NCBI GenBank assembly: GCA_963737575.1
Contig: CAVTTJ010000006.1
Span: 20,620-84,619, forward strand
Direction of reading: 5' to 3'
Source of the DNA: an uncultured Solirubrobacterales bacterium
GTDB lineage: Bacteria > Actinomycetota > Thermoleophilia > Solirubrobacterales > 70-9
Length of the DNA stretch: 64,000 nt
Positions 28,491 to 38,137 of this stretch are shown in pieces (within the stretch, counting starts at the first letter, position 1; every line of letters begins with the position of its first letter). Made by a program: the position numbers and the translations under genes. The notes beneath the pieces were generated by a model. That model saw only the letters and a program-made list of their open reading frames with translations, was not told where the DNA came from and did no database searches.

Positions 28491-31261
28491 GCGGCAACCG
28501 AGCGAGGCAAGGAGAGTGACCGTGTTGAAGAGGGTGCTGGTGGTCGTGGTCGGCGTCGCGACGATGCTGCTCGTGGCATCGCCGGCTTACGCCAGCGAGG
28601 CGATCAGCTCGTTCACGGTCGATACGTCGACCACGCAGGCTGGCGGGCACCCTGACCTGACCACATCGATGACTCTCGACAGCCCGGGTGCGCCGGAGGT
28701 GGCGAAGGACGTGGCGGTGAGGATGCCGGAGGGGGTCTTCGGCAACCCGCAGGCGATTCGCCAGTGCAGCACCGTCGACTTCGCCCAGCAGGAATGTTCT
28801 CCGACATCACAGGCCGGCGTGGTGACGATTTCCGCCAACTATGGGGGGGACCCGGAAAACCTGCTCGGGAGCGCCCCGATCTTCGACATGGTTCCCGCGA
28901 GCAGTGACGAGACCGCTCGCTTCGCCTTCATCGTGCCGGGAGTGAACATCCCGATCAGTGTCCCGGTCACGGTGCGCACGGGGTCCGATTACGGCCTCAC
29001 CTTCAACGTCACCGGGATTACTCAGATCATTCCTCTCGCTTCAGTCGACTTCACCGTCTGGGGCATCCCGGCCGATCACTCGCACGACAACGAACGCTTC
29101 CTGATCGGCTCCCTCAGCCACCCGGCGGGATGCCCGGGCGAAGCCACCGCGATCTGCGCGTCCCAGTCGGGCAGCGCTCCGAACTCCGCCGGCATCCCGC
29201 CGCAGCCGCTGACCGACAACCCGACAACCTGCCCGGGGCAGCCGCTGACGGTGAGCGCCGAAATCCGGACCTACCAGGATCCGGCGAATCCCTCCGGTGC
29301 GGAGGCCGACTATCCGCCCTCCACCGGCTGCGAGCTGGAGACCTTCAACCCGGTGATGAATATGTCGCTGACCTCGACTGAGGCCGATTCCCCCGCCGGC
29401 CTCGACGTCACGCTGAAAGCGCCTCAATTCGAGAGCCAGGCTGCATCGCCGTCGGAGATCCGTTCGACGACCATCACCCTTCCGGAAAGCCTCTCGATCA
29501 ACCCGGACGCCGCCGACGGACAGCGCGCCTGCACGGATGCCCAGGCGAACTTCGGTAGCGACGGACCGGCGAACTGCCCCGACAACTCGAAGATCGGCAA
29601 CTTCGACGTCGAAACGCCGGCACTAACCGGCCCCCTCGTCGGGGCGATCTACTTCGGTGAACCGAAGCCCGACGACCAGTACCGACTCTTTCTGGTCTCC
29701 GATGGGTTCGGGATCCACTCAAAGCTCGTCGGATCGGTAAGGCCTGACCCGCAAACGGGGCAACTGACCATGAGCCTGAGGGATCTGCCGCAGGTTCCCT
29801 TCGAAGCGCTCAACGTTCATCTATTCGCCTCCAACAGGGGCCTGGTGGCAACGCCCACCCAGTGCCGCGTGTACGGCGTCGACTCGGTTTTCGTTCCCTG
29901 GAACACCAGCCTTGCGCCACAGCATTCGGCGCCGATTTTGAGCATCGATTCCGGGCCGGACGCAGAGCCCGTGCCCCGGTCCGATCAGGCCGTTCCACCC
30001 GAGCCTGGTGGCCGGTGCCTCCAACCCCGTCGCCGGCGCCTTCTCCAGCTTCACGCTGAGGCTCGACCGAAACGACGGCGACCAGTTCCTCGGCGATCTG
30101 AACTTCCGGATGCCTCCCGGCTTCACCGGAAACCTGCGCGGAATCAGCTACTGCCCGGATGTGGCGATCGGGCAGGCGGCAAACAACCTGGGCCGGACGG
30201 AGCTGGCGAGCCCGAGCTGTCCCGCCTCCTCCCAAATCGGGACCACCAACGTGGCCGCCGGGCCAGGTTCACACCCCTTCCACGCCGTCGGCAGGATGTA
30301 TCTGGCGGGCCCCTTCAAGGGAGCGCCGCTGAGCCTCGCCGCGGTCACACCCGCCCTCGCCGGCCCCTATGACTACGGCACCGTCGTGGTGCGGGTGGCA
30401 CTGCATGTGGATCCACTGACCGCCCAGGTCACCGCCGTCTCGGACACGGTCCCCCACATCATCGGTGGCGTCCCGATCCGGATGCGCTCGATCCAGGTCA
30501 ACATCGACAAGCCGAACTTCACGATCAACCCGACGAACTGCAGCCCGTTCTCCGTCGAATCACAGGGAATCGGCGATCAGGGGACGGTCGCGGACTTCAG
30601 CTCCTACTTCCACGCCGTCAACTGCGCGGCGCTTCCCTTCAAGCCGCAGATGACGCTCCGCCAGCTGGGCGGCCACAAGGCCACCGCCAGGAGCAAGGAC
30701 CCGGCGCTGCGATTCGACCTGCGGACGAGGCCCGGGGACGCCAACATCAAGTCGCTGACGGTGACACTGCCGAAGTCGTTCGCGATCGACCAGCGCCATC
30801 TCGGCAACATCTGCTCGAAAGCGCAGCTGGCCGCCGAACACTGCGCCGGCCGGCAGCCGATCGGTACCGCGAGCACAGTGACGCCGCTCCTGGATCAGCC
30901 GCTGAAGGGCCCGGCCTACGCGGTCTCGGGCTTCGGCAAACTGCCGCATGTCGTCTTCATCCTCGGAGGCCAGGTGACGATCATGCCGGAAGCGGAATCC
31001 TCCTCGGTCAACGGCCGACTGACGACGACCGTTCCCGTCGTTCCCGATGCGCCGATCGGCCACTTCCGCCTCAACCTCAACGGCGGAGGCCACGGCTATC
31101 TCACGAACACGCGCGACCTCTGCCGGCAGCAACCGATCGCGAGCGTCAGCTTCGTCGGCCAGAACGGATCGAGGTACGAACAGAAGCTGCCGATGAAGGC
31201 GGCCTGTGGAAAAGCCGGTAGGCAACGAAGTCACGAGCGCCACGGAGGAGGGGGACGATGA
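28483..31261 (+). pseudogene. operon gene C': paralog of gene C, interrupted by a 1-nt frame disruption near 29962-29968
   Basis: ORFs 28270..30372 (frame 1) and 30008..31261 (frame 2) join collinearly with gene C. Frame 1 reads ...SIDSGPDA, then frame 2 reads SPCPGPIRPFHPSLVAGASNPVAGAFSSFTLRLDRNDGDQ. The match in C is SGPSGSSCPSKPRPFAPSLIAGTVDNTAGAHTPLTFQVKRNDGDQ. The start is ATG 28483, or GTG/TTG near 28523 giving (M)LKRVLVVVVGVATMLLVASPAYA. Confidence 0.8.
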
Positions 31262-32790
31262 ACAGGCCGCGCTTTCGGCGCTGGGCCATCGCCGCCGCCG
31301 CAGTTCTGCTGCCGTTGCTGTTCGCTCAGGCCGCCCAAGCGATCTCGCTGATCAAAATCCGCGAGGTCTATCCGGGTGCCAATAACGACAGCTACGTCGA
31401 GCTGCAGGCCTACGGTCCCTTTCCCTTCGCTGGTGGAACGCTCCCCGGGAAATCCCTGATCCTCTTCACCCCGGACGGCACCCCGACGGACAGCTTCACC
31501 TTCATCCAGCACAACGAACTGGGCGCCGACAACACGTCCTTCCTGATCGGCGACACGGGCGTCGAAGGAACCTTCTCCGTCACCCCGGACATCACCGATT
31601 CCCAGATGAACATCGACCCGGCGGGGGGCGCCGCTTGCTGGAACGTCGGCGACACCCCCGTCGATTGCGTCTCCTGGGGAGACTTCAGCGGCCGCGAAAG
31701 CCTGGTCGCCTTCGCCGGAACTGACGTCGGCAACCCCGCCTCTCCGGGAGGAATCACGCCCGGGAAGTCGATCGAACGGACGATCGCCCCCAACTGCTCC
31801 ACCTGGCTCGAGGCGGATGACGACACCGACGACAGCGCCACGGATTTCCACGAGACGGGGCCGAACCCGCAGCCTGCCGGGAATTTCAATCCCGCGGAAG
31901 AACCGTGCCTCTCGGGGATGCCGGACGACACCGTGGTCAACCAGAAGCCGAGCGATCCGTCGGACTCCAACAGCGCCCACTTCACCTATGCCGCGACGGG
32001 TGCGACGAGCTACCAGTGCAAGCTCGATGCATTCCCGCGTTTCACCGCCTGCCCTGAAGGGGGTCAGGACTACTCCAACCTCGGCGACGGCCAGCACACG
32101 TTCCAGGTGCGGGCCCTGAACACACACGGCCCGGACAGGACGCCGGCGAAGTACACATGGACGGTGGACACCACGGCTCCGCAGGCGACGATCATCTCGC
32201 ATCCCCGTCCGCAAAGCATCGGTAGGGAGGCCACATTCACGTTCTCCTCGAGCGAGCCCGCCGGCAGCTTCATGTGCAGTCTCGACACAGAACCCCCCTC
32301 GAGCTGCGAATCGGGGATCACGCTGCACTCGCTGAGCACGGGCTCCCACACGTTCCACGTCGCGGCGTCAGACCTTGCGGGCAACGTCCAGGCACCGCCT
32401 GCCAGCTATTCATGGACGGTCGAATCCAACCCTCCGGTGACGACGATCGACAGCAAGCCGGACAATCCGACCACAAGCTCGACGGCGACGTTCACGTACC
32501 ACGCGAGCAGGCCGGACACGTTCTTCGAATGCAGCCTCGATGGGTCGAGCTTTTCGAGCTGCCCGACGAGCGGCGCGACCTACGCCGGGCTGACGGACGG
32601 GCCGCATACCTTCAGCGTTCGCGCGATCGACTCTGACAACGACACGGAGGCGAGCCCGCCGAGCTACGCGTTCACGGTGGGCACTCCCACTGCGCCGGCG
32701 AAGCACACCTGCAGGAAGGGCACCAGGAAGAAGATGGTCGGTGGCAGGCTGAGGTGCGCGAAGATCCGGCACCACAAGCGCCACCACTAG
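31258..32790 (+). CDS. operon gene D: secreted lamin-tail-domain (LTD) protein with 3 Ig-like Cys-pair modules and a polybasic tail
   Basis: The ATG overlaps the C' stop (ATGA), with the RBS GGAGGAGGGGG. The signal peptide ends ...LLFAQAAQA. LTD signature: IKIREVYPGANNDSYVELQ. Three repeats follow the pattern F.C.LD...F..C......L..G.HTF.V.A.D. The tail is KHTCRKGTRKKMVGGRLRCAKIRHHKRHH. Confidence 0.85.
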   Translation: MNRPRFRRWAIAAAAVLLPLLFAQAAQAISLIKIREVYPGANNDSYVELQAYGPFPFAGGTLPGKSLILFTPDGTPTDSFTFIQHNELGADNTSFLIGDTGVEGTFSVTPDITDSQMNIDPAGGAACWNVGDTPVDCVSWGDFSGRESLVAFAGTDVGNPASPGGITPGKSIERTIAPNCSTWLEADDDTDDSATDFHETGPNPQPAGNFNPAEEPCLSGMPDDTVVNQKPSDPSDSNSAHFTYAATGATSYQCKLDAFPRFTACPEGGQDYSNLGDGQHTFQVRALNTHGPDRTPAKYTWTVDTTAPQATIISHPRPQSIGREATFTFSSSEPAGSFMCSLDTEPPSSCESGITLHSLSTGSHTFHVAASDLAGNVQAPPASYSWTVESNPPVTTIDSKPDNPTTSSTATFTYHASRPDTFFECSLDGSSFSSCPTSGATYAGLTDGPHTFSVRAIDSDNDTEASPPSYAFTVGTPTAPAKHTCRKGTRKKMVGGRLRCAKIRHHKRHH

Positions 32791-32835
32791 CCGGCAAGCC
32801 GCCGCCCGAATATCCAGATTTGCTGGGCTTTTCAG

Positions 32836-32908
32836 AGCCGACGCCCGGACTTGAACCGGGGACCCCTTCATTACGAGTGAAGTGCTCTACCAACTGAGCT
32901 ACGTCGGC
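32836..32908 (-). tRNA. tRNA-Thr (anticodon CGU)
   Basis: The reverse complement folds as a cloverleaf: GCCGACG TA GCTC AGTTGGTA GAGC A CTTCA CTCGTAA TGAAG GGGTC CCCGG TTCAAGT CCGGG CGTCGGC T. No CCA is encoded. Confidence 0.9.
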
Positions 32909-32965
32909 GCGATCGCACATTCTATGAGCGAATCGCCCGCGGTTCCGTCGCGGCCGCGCGCGAGC

Positions 32966-33595
32966 ATGCCGGATATGAGCAAGACACGCCAGCCGATGCG
33001 CAGAGAGGAGAACGAAGTCGAGTTCGCCCGGATCGTCGCCTTCAGCGACGGCGTCTTCGCGATCGCGATCACGCTGCTGGTGCTCAATCTCCACATCAAA
33101 TCGGGGCTGCCCGGCGACCGGCTCTGGCATGAAGTTTGGGAACTGCGCGAAAACTTCATCGCCTTCGCGATCAGCTTCGCGGTGATCGGGCGCTTCTGGG
33201 TCATCCACCACCGCTTCTTCGGCGAGGTGAGGGCGTTCGAGGGGCGCCTGATCGCCCTCAACATCCTCTATCTGGCCTTCATCGTCCTGATCCCGTTCAG
33301 CAGCCAGCTGCTCGGCGAGTATGGGGGCGAGGCGGCGGCCGTCGTCGTTTACGCAGTCAATCTCGCAGGGTGCGTTCTCGTCGGGTTTCGGATGAATGCC
33401 TACGCCCGGGGGGCCGGGTTGGCGACAATCGACGACGCGACCCAGCGCGAGAACTCATTCCGCGCCCTCTTCATCGCGTCGGTGTTCCTGCTCTCGATCC
33501 CGCTCGCGTTCGTCGCGCCCGGCATCGCGCCGCTCCTCTGGCTCACGCTTTTCCTGGACCCGGCATCGCGGCTCGCGGCCCGCGCCGGGGGTTAA
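32966..33595 (+). CDS. TMEM175-family (DUF1211) potassium channel
   Basis: RIVAFSDGVFAIAITLLVL matches the family signature (FSDGVFAI.ITLL). It has about 6 TM helices. Confidence 0.8.
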   Translation: MPDMSKTRQPMRREENEVEFARIVAFSDGVFAIAITLLVLNLHIKSGLPGDRLWHEVWELRENFIAFAISFAVIGRFWVIHHRFFGEVRAFEGRLIALNILYLAFIVLIPFSSQLLGEYGGEAAAVVVYAVNLAGCVLVGFRMNAYARGAGLATIDDATQRENSFRALFIASVFLLSIPLAFVAPGIAPLLWLTLFLDPASRLAARAGG

Positions 33596-33615
33596 CGTTC
33601 AGCGGAGTTGCCTCG

Positions 33616-34242
33616 ATGCGACTCCGAATCTGCTTCAGCGCCGTAGCTCTCGTCGCGCTGCTCAGCACGCCTGCGGCAGCGTCCACCCGGCCACCGATGA
33701 GAAACGAGCGGCTCGCCTACTGGCCCGAGCGCGTTGCCGACACCCGCGCCTGGTCGCGGTTCATGTACGGCACCGCCACGTTCCAGCCGCGGCTGATCGT
33801 CGAGCACTGGACGGGCAGCACGACGCAGCCGGCGGCAATTCAATACTGGGACAGCGGCCCTGAGGCCACCTGGGTCCACTTCATCATCGATCCGCAGGGG
33901 CACATCACGCAACTCGCCCCGCTCGATGATCTCGCCAAGCAGGCTTTCGGCGTCTCGCCCTGGGCGATCGGGGTCGAGCACGTCGGGCGGACCGACGCCG
34001 AGGTTATGGACAACTCCCGATTGCGACGCGCGTCCTACCGGTTGACTTGCTGGCTCCGGCAGCGCCTGCAAATCCCCGTCAGGGGCGTGATCGGTCACGC
34101 CGAGGTGACCTCAAACCCGCGTTTCAGCTTCACTCCGGCAGGCTGGCGCTGGATCGAGGAAAGCGGCTATCAATTCCATACGGACTTTTCCCATCGGACG
34201 ATGGTCAGGTACCGCGACCGTCTGAGGACCCTCTGTCCCTGA
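33616..34242 (+). CDS. secreted N-acetylmuramoyl-L-alanine amidase (Amidase_2/PGRP fold)
   Basis: It has a signal peptide. Amidase_2-like blocks are present: LIVEHWTGS, VHFIIDPQGHITQL, WAIGVEHVG, GVIGHAEV. Confidence 0.65.
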   Translation: MRLRICFSAVALVALLSTPAAASTRPPMRNERLAYWPERVADTRAWSRFMYGTATFQPRLIVEHWTGSTTQPAAIQYWDSGPEATWVHFIIDPQGHITQLAPLDDLAKQAFGVSPWAIGVEHVGRTDAEVMDNSRLRRASYRLTCWLRQRLQIPVRGVIGHAEVTSNPRFSFTPAGWRWIEESGYQFHTDFSHRTMVRYRDRLRTLCP

Positions 34243-34244
34243 CG

Positions 34245-34646
34245 TCAGCCGCGTTCGACGATGAACGCGATCGAGCGTTCCGGGCGGGCACAGGTGACGG
34301 CCAGCCCGCGGCCCGCGATGCTTGTCAGGCAGCGGAAGCTGCCGACCGAGCAGGCCGACCTCGACTGGCCGGGCGCGGGGCTGCAGCCGGGGTTAGAGCG
34401 CCAGAGCGCGGCCACGCTTGCGCCTCGCGCGCAGCCGACGTTCGTGACCCGCAGCAGCAGGGTTTCTTCGCCGCCGGTCTTGCAGGCGCGGGACCTGATC
34501 CCGGTCGGGGCTTCGGGCGCCGTGCTCGTGCCCGCCGGCGTCGTTTCGGCCCCGGAGGTCGTTCCGCTCGACCCACCGGAGCCGCACCCCGCGATGAGGA
34601 GCGCGGCGAGCAGCGCCAGGGGAAGAAGTCGGGCGAGGGCTCTCAT
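34245..34646 (-). CDS. small lipoprotein, Cys-rich
   Basis: Lipobox LLIAGC after [15 protein letters not shown]. The start overlaps the stop of the upstream UDG gene. Confidence 0.6.
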   Translation of the reverse strand: MRALARLLPLALLAALLIAGCGSGGSSGTTSGAETTPAGTSTAPEAPTGIRSRACKTGGEETLLLRVTNVGCARGASVAALWRSNPGCSPAPGQSRSACSVGSFRCLTSIAGRGLAVTCARPERSIAFIVERG

Positions 34647-35323
34647 CGGGAGTCGACCAACCTACCGGCGCGGGCGAAGACGGCGTCGAGCATCGGCACG
34701 GTGAGCTTCCCCGTGAATGTGTTCTGCTGGCTCGGGTGGAAGCAGCCGAGCAGCGTCCACTCTCCGATCCGGGCCTCCGCCTCATGCCCGAAGCGGGGCT
34801 TCGGGCGGGGGATCTCTGCACCCAGCTCGCGGAGCGCGCGGAGCGCACCATCCCACCCGAAGGAGCCGAGGGCGACCATGGTCCGGCACTCCTTGAGCAG
34901 CTCCAGCTCGCGGGCGAGGTAGGGCAGGCAGTTGTCCCGCTCCGCCGGCGTCGGTCGGTTGGCCGGCGGCGCGCAGCGGACGACGGCGGTGACGTATGCG
35001 TCCTCGAGCCGGAGGCCGTCGTTTCGATCGACCGAGGTCGGCTGGTTCGCGTAGCCGGCCCGGTGCAGCGCCGCGTATAGCCACTCGCCCGAGCGGTCGC
35101 CGGTGAACATCCGCCCGGTCCGGTTGGCGCCGTGGGCCGCGGGGGCGAGGCCGACGATCGCGAGCCGCGCGCCGGGGTCGCCGAACCCGGCCACCGGGCG
35201 CGCCCAGTATCTCTGGCCGCGGAACCGCCGCGGCGGCTCGGCCGCCGCCTCCTCGCGCCACGCGACCAGGCGCCGGCAGCGGCGGCAGGCGTGGATCTCG
35301 GCCTCGAGCGCCTCGTCGAGCAT
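34643..35323 (-). CDS. uracil-DNA glycosylase, family 5 (UdgB-type)
   Basis: Carries CRRCRRL and the motif [20 protein letters not shown], with Ala in place of the catalytic Asp/Glu as in family 5. Motif B is HPSQQN. Confidence 0.8.
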   Translation of the reverse strand: MLDEALEAEIHACRRCRRLVAWREEAAAEPPRRFRGQRYWARPVAGFGDPGARLAIVGLAPAAHGANRTGRMFTGDRSGEWLYAALHRAGYANQPTSVDRNDGLRLEDAYVTAVVRCAPPANRPTPAERDNCLPYLARELELLKECRTMVALGSFGWDGALRALRELGAEIPRPKPRFGHEAEARIGEWTLLGCFHPSQQNTFTGKLTVPMLDAVFARAGRLVDSR

Positions 35324-35352
35324 GGGACAGACAGCTTAGGCTTGCGGCTCGC

Positions 35353-35919
35353 ATGGGCCGGGCCACCATCGCTCTCCTCCTGATCGCCCTCCTGGCTGCC
35401 GGCTGCGGCAAGCCCGGTCACGGTGCGGAAACCGATTCCGAGAAGGGGTCCGATGCCGACATCCTCAATGTGGCGCTCGGCCAGGAGATGACAGCGCTGG
35501 AGGCCTATACCGAGGGGTCGGCGCTGATCGGGCCGCGATTCGCCCCCGCGGCCCGCCGCCTCCGCGCCCAGGAGCAGGAATACGTGAGTGCGATCGCCAA
35601 GGCGATACGCGGCCTCGGTGGGGAAGCCACCTCGACCGCATCCGGAATCGAACCGGACGAACTGCACAACCAGCGCGACGCGCTGACCATGGCCTACGAA
35701 CTCGAAAGCGCCGCGCTCGCATACGACGTCGAAGTAGCGCCGCGGCTCTTCTCCGACGCCCCGCAGACCCTCGCCGCCTCGCTCGCCGCGGGCCACGCGC
35801 AGCATCTGGTGGTCCTCCGTCAGGGCCTCGGCGCCCCACTCGCCGAGGCATTCCCGAAGGCCTTCGACGGCGGCGAAGTTCCTCCCCCTGGTGGCGATAC
35901 GCCGCCCGGTAAAGGATGA
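35353..35919 (+). CDS. ferritin-like-domain lipoprotein (DUF4439-like)
   Basis: Lipobox LLAAGC. The blocks LNVALGQEMTALEAYTEG and AYELESAALAYDVE resemble the ferritin-like DUF4439. Confidence 0.55.
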   Translation: MGRATIALLLIALLAAGCGKPGHGAETDSEKGSDADILNVALGQEMTALEAYTEGSALIGPRFAPAARRLRAQEQEYVSAIAKAIRGLGGEATSTASGIEPDELHNQRDALTMAYELESAALAYDVEVAPRLFSDAPQTLAASLAAGHAQHLVVLRQGLGAPLAEAFPKAFDGGEVPPPGGDTPPGKG

Positions 35920-35926
35920 TCTGCGC

Positions 35927-38125
35927 GTGACCGGGCCTCTGTACGCGATCGGCGGGTTCTGCTCCCGGCACCATTGGCCGACGATCGCCGTCTGGCTGGT
36001 GGCCGCCATCGTGCTGGTGGTGGTCGGCCAGGCCTCCGGCGACAAGACCAACGACAACCTGACCCTGCCCGGGACCGGCTCGACCACGGCGACCGAACTG
36101 CTCGAAGACAATCTGCCTGAACAGGCCTTCGGCAGCAACCCGTTGGCGATCGAAGCCACGGGCGGCGCCCAGCTCACCGACCCGAAGTACGCGAAGGCGA
36201 TCGAAGAAACCGGGAAACGGCTCAACGCGCTGCACTACGTGAACTCGGCGATCAGCCCGCTGACCCCACAGGGCGCCCAGTTCCTCAGCAAGGACCGTTC
36301 GGTCGGCTATTTCCCGGTGGTCCTCGGCGTCGGCCCGGGCGAACTGACTGAGGAGCAGGCGGAAGCGGTCCTCGACTCGGCGGAGCCGGCCAAGCGGGCC
36401 GGGCTCGAGACCTCCGTCGGCGCCTACGTCGGCCAGCAGCTCTCGAAGCCCGACACCGGAATCAGCGACGCGATCGGAATCGCCGCGGCAATCGTGATCC
36501 TGCTCTTCGCCTTCGGCACGGCGACGGCAATGGTCATGCCGATCGGCTCGGCGATCATCGGCCTCGCGATCTCGCTCTCGGTGATCCGCCTCCTGGAGAA
36601 CGTGGTCGAAGTGCCGAGCGTCGCCGCGACCCTGGCGACGATGATCGGCCTCGGGGTCGGGATCGACTACGCGCTCTTCATCGTCACCCGCCACAAACTC
36701 CAGCTCGGCGAAGGGATGGAGCTGCGCGAGTCGATCGCCCGCGCCACGGCGACGGCCGGCGGCGCCGTCGTCTTCGCCGGCTTCACGGTCGTGATTGCGC
36801 TCTGCTCGCTCGCCTTCGCCGGGATCCCGCTGGTCAGCACGCTCGGGTTCACCGCCGCGATTGCAGTCGTCGTCGCGGTCTGCGCGGCGGCCACGCTGCT
36901 GCCGGCATTGCTCGGGGCGCTCGGGCCGCACATCAACTCCCTGCGGGTGCCTTTCGGCAACAGCGGGCCGGACGAGGGCGAGCCGCACGGCTGGCGTCGG
37001 TGGGCCCGGGGGGTCGCCTCCCGGCCGTGGCGCTCGGCGCTTGCGGCCCTCGCGGTCCTCGTCACCCTGGCGCTGCCGATCTTCCAGCTCGAGCTCGGCC
37101 AGAACGACCTCAGCGCCCTGCCGAAGTCGACCACCGCGCGCCAGAACTACGACTCGTTGACGAAGGGCTTCGGGCCCGGCGTCAACGGCCCCCTGCTGAT
37201 CACTTCCAAGTTCCAGACCGCCGAGGAGGCCGAACGGTCGCTACCTGTCCTCGCCAAAGAAGTCGAAGCGGCACCCGACGTCGCCTTCGTCGCCAAACCG
37301 ACCCTGGACAAGTCCGGGACCGTCGCCGTCTTCACGGCGATCTCGAAATCGGCGCCCTGGGCGGACGAGACCGTGAGCCTGGTCGAAGACCTGCGCGAAA
37401 CGACGATCCCGAACGCCCTCAAGGGCACCGACGGCGCCGCTTACGTCGGCGGCCAGACCGCCGGCTACATCGACCTCGCCACGGAGATCGCCGACAAGCT
37501 GCCGCTGATGATCGGGATCGTCGTCGCGCTCAGCTTCTTCGTCCTCCTGCTCGCCTTCCGCTCCCTTCTGGTGCCGGTCAAGGCCGCGGCGATGAACCTG
37601 CTCTCGGTTGCCGCCGCCTACGGGGTCGTGACGGCCGTCTTCCAGCTCGGCTGGGGAGCCTCGCTGATCGGCCTCGACCACTCGATCCCGATCGTCAGCT
37701 TCGTGCCACTGCTGATGTTCGCGATCCTCTTCGGCCTCTCGATGGACTACGAGGTTTTCCTTCTCACCCAGATGCGCGAGCACTACCGCCAGAACGAAGA
37801 CGAGAAGGAGGCGGTGATCGAGGGCCTGGCCAACACCGGCCGCGTGATCACCTCCGCGGCGGCGATCATGGTCTGCGTGTTCACCAGCTTCGTGCTCAAC
37901 GGCAACCCGATCGTCAAGGAGTTCGGGGTCGGGCTGGCGGTTGCGATCGCGATCGACTCGACCCTGGTCCGATGCCTGCTGGTCCCCGCGGTGATGGTCC
38001 TGCTCGGCCGCCGCGCCTGGTGGCTGCCCGCCTGGATGGAGCGCTTCCTCCCCCACATCAGCATCGAGGGGGAGGAATACTTCGCCGAGCGCGACGCCGC
38101 CGCCGCGGCCCCGTCGGGCGACTGA
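35927..38125 (+). CDS. MMPL/RND-superfamily membrane transporter
   Basis: It has a duplicated 6-TM plus periplasmic-loop architecture. MMPL blocks are present: IGLGVGIDYALFIVTR and LFGLSMDYEVFLLTQMRE. The start is uncertain (GTG 35927 or GTG 35891). Confidence 0.85.
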   Translation: MTGPLYAIGGFCSRHHWPTIAVWLVAAIVLVVVGQASGDKTNDNLTLPGTGSTTATELLEDNLPEQAFGSNPLAIEATGGAQLTDPKYAKAIEETGKRLNALHYVNSAISPLTPQGAQFLSKDRSVGYFPVVLGVGPGELTEEQAEAVLDSAEPAKRAGLETSVGAYVGQQLSKPDTGISDAIGIAAAIVILLFAFGTATAMVMPIGSAIIGLAISLSVIRLLENVVEVPSVAATLATMIGLGVGIDYALFIVTRHKLQLGEGMELRESIARATATAGGAVVFAGFTVVIALCSLAFAGIPLVSTLGFTAAIAVVVAVCAAATLLPALLGALGPHINSLRVPFGNSGPDEGEPHGWRRWARGVASRPWRSALAALAVLVTLALPIFQLELGQNDLSALPKSTTARQNYDSLTKGFGPGVNGPLLITSKFQTAEEAERSLPVLAKEVEAAPDVAFVAKPTLDKSGTVAVFTAISKSAPWADETVSLVEDLRETTIPNALKGTDGAAYVGGQTAGYIDLATEIADKLPLMIGIVVALSFFVLLLAFRSLLVPVKAAAMNLLSVAAAYGVVTAVFQLGWGASLIGLDHSIPIVSFVPLLMFAILFGLSMDYEVFLLTQMREHYRQNEDEKEAVIEGLANTGRVITSAAAIMVCVFTSFVLNGNPIVKEFGVGLAVAIAIDSTLVRCLLVPAVMVLLGRRAWWLPAWMERFLPHISIEGEEYFAERDAAAAAPSGD

Positions 38126-38137
38126 TCGATTTGACCG

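Noticed and set aside
19894-29968. Programmed +1 ribosomal frameshifting as the explanation for the three frame disruptions
   Set aside because: The three sites share no slippery or hungry-codon motif and no shared downstream structure. Indel error or recent mutation is more parsimonious. They are kept as findings to be checked with reads.
15225-32358. Many long antisense ORFs inside the big operon (15225..16370, 16461..17558, 18226..19461, 23061..24788, 24999..26126, 26400..28223, 31231..32358; all minus strand)
   Set aside because: All of them mirror well-supported plus-strand genes and translate to Arg/Gly/Asp/Pro-rich sequence without motifs. High GC suppresses stop codons in all frames.
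32791-33000. tRNA-Thr (and tRNA-Tyr at 41580) as an integration site for a genomic island or prophage
   Set aside because: The window has no integrase, excisionase or transposase, and I found no direct repeat of the tRNA 3' end. The flanking genes are ordinary.
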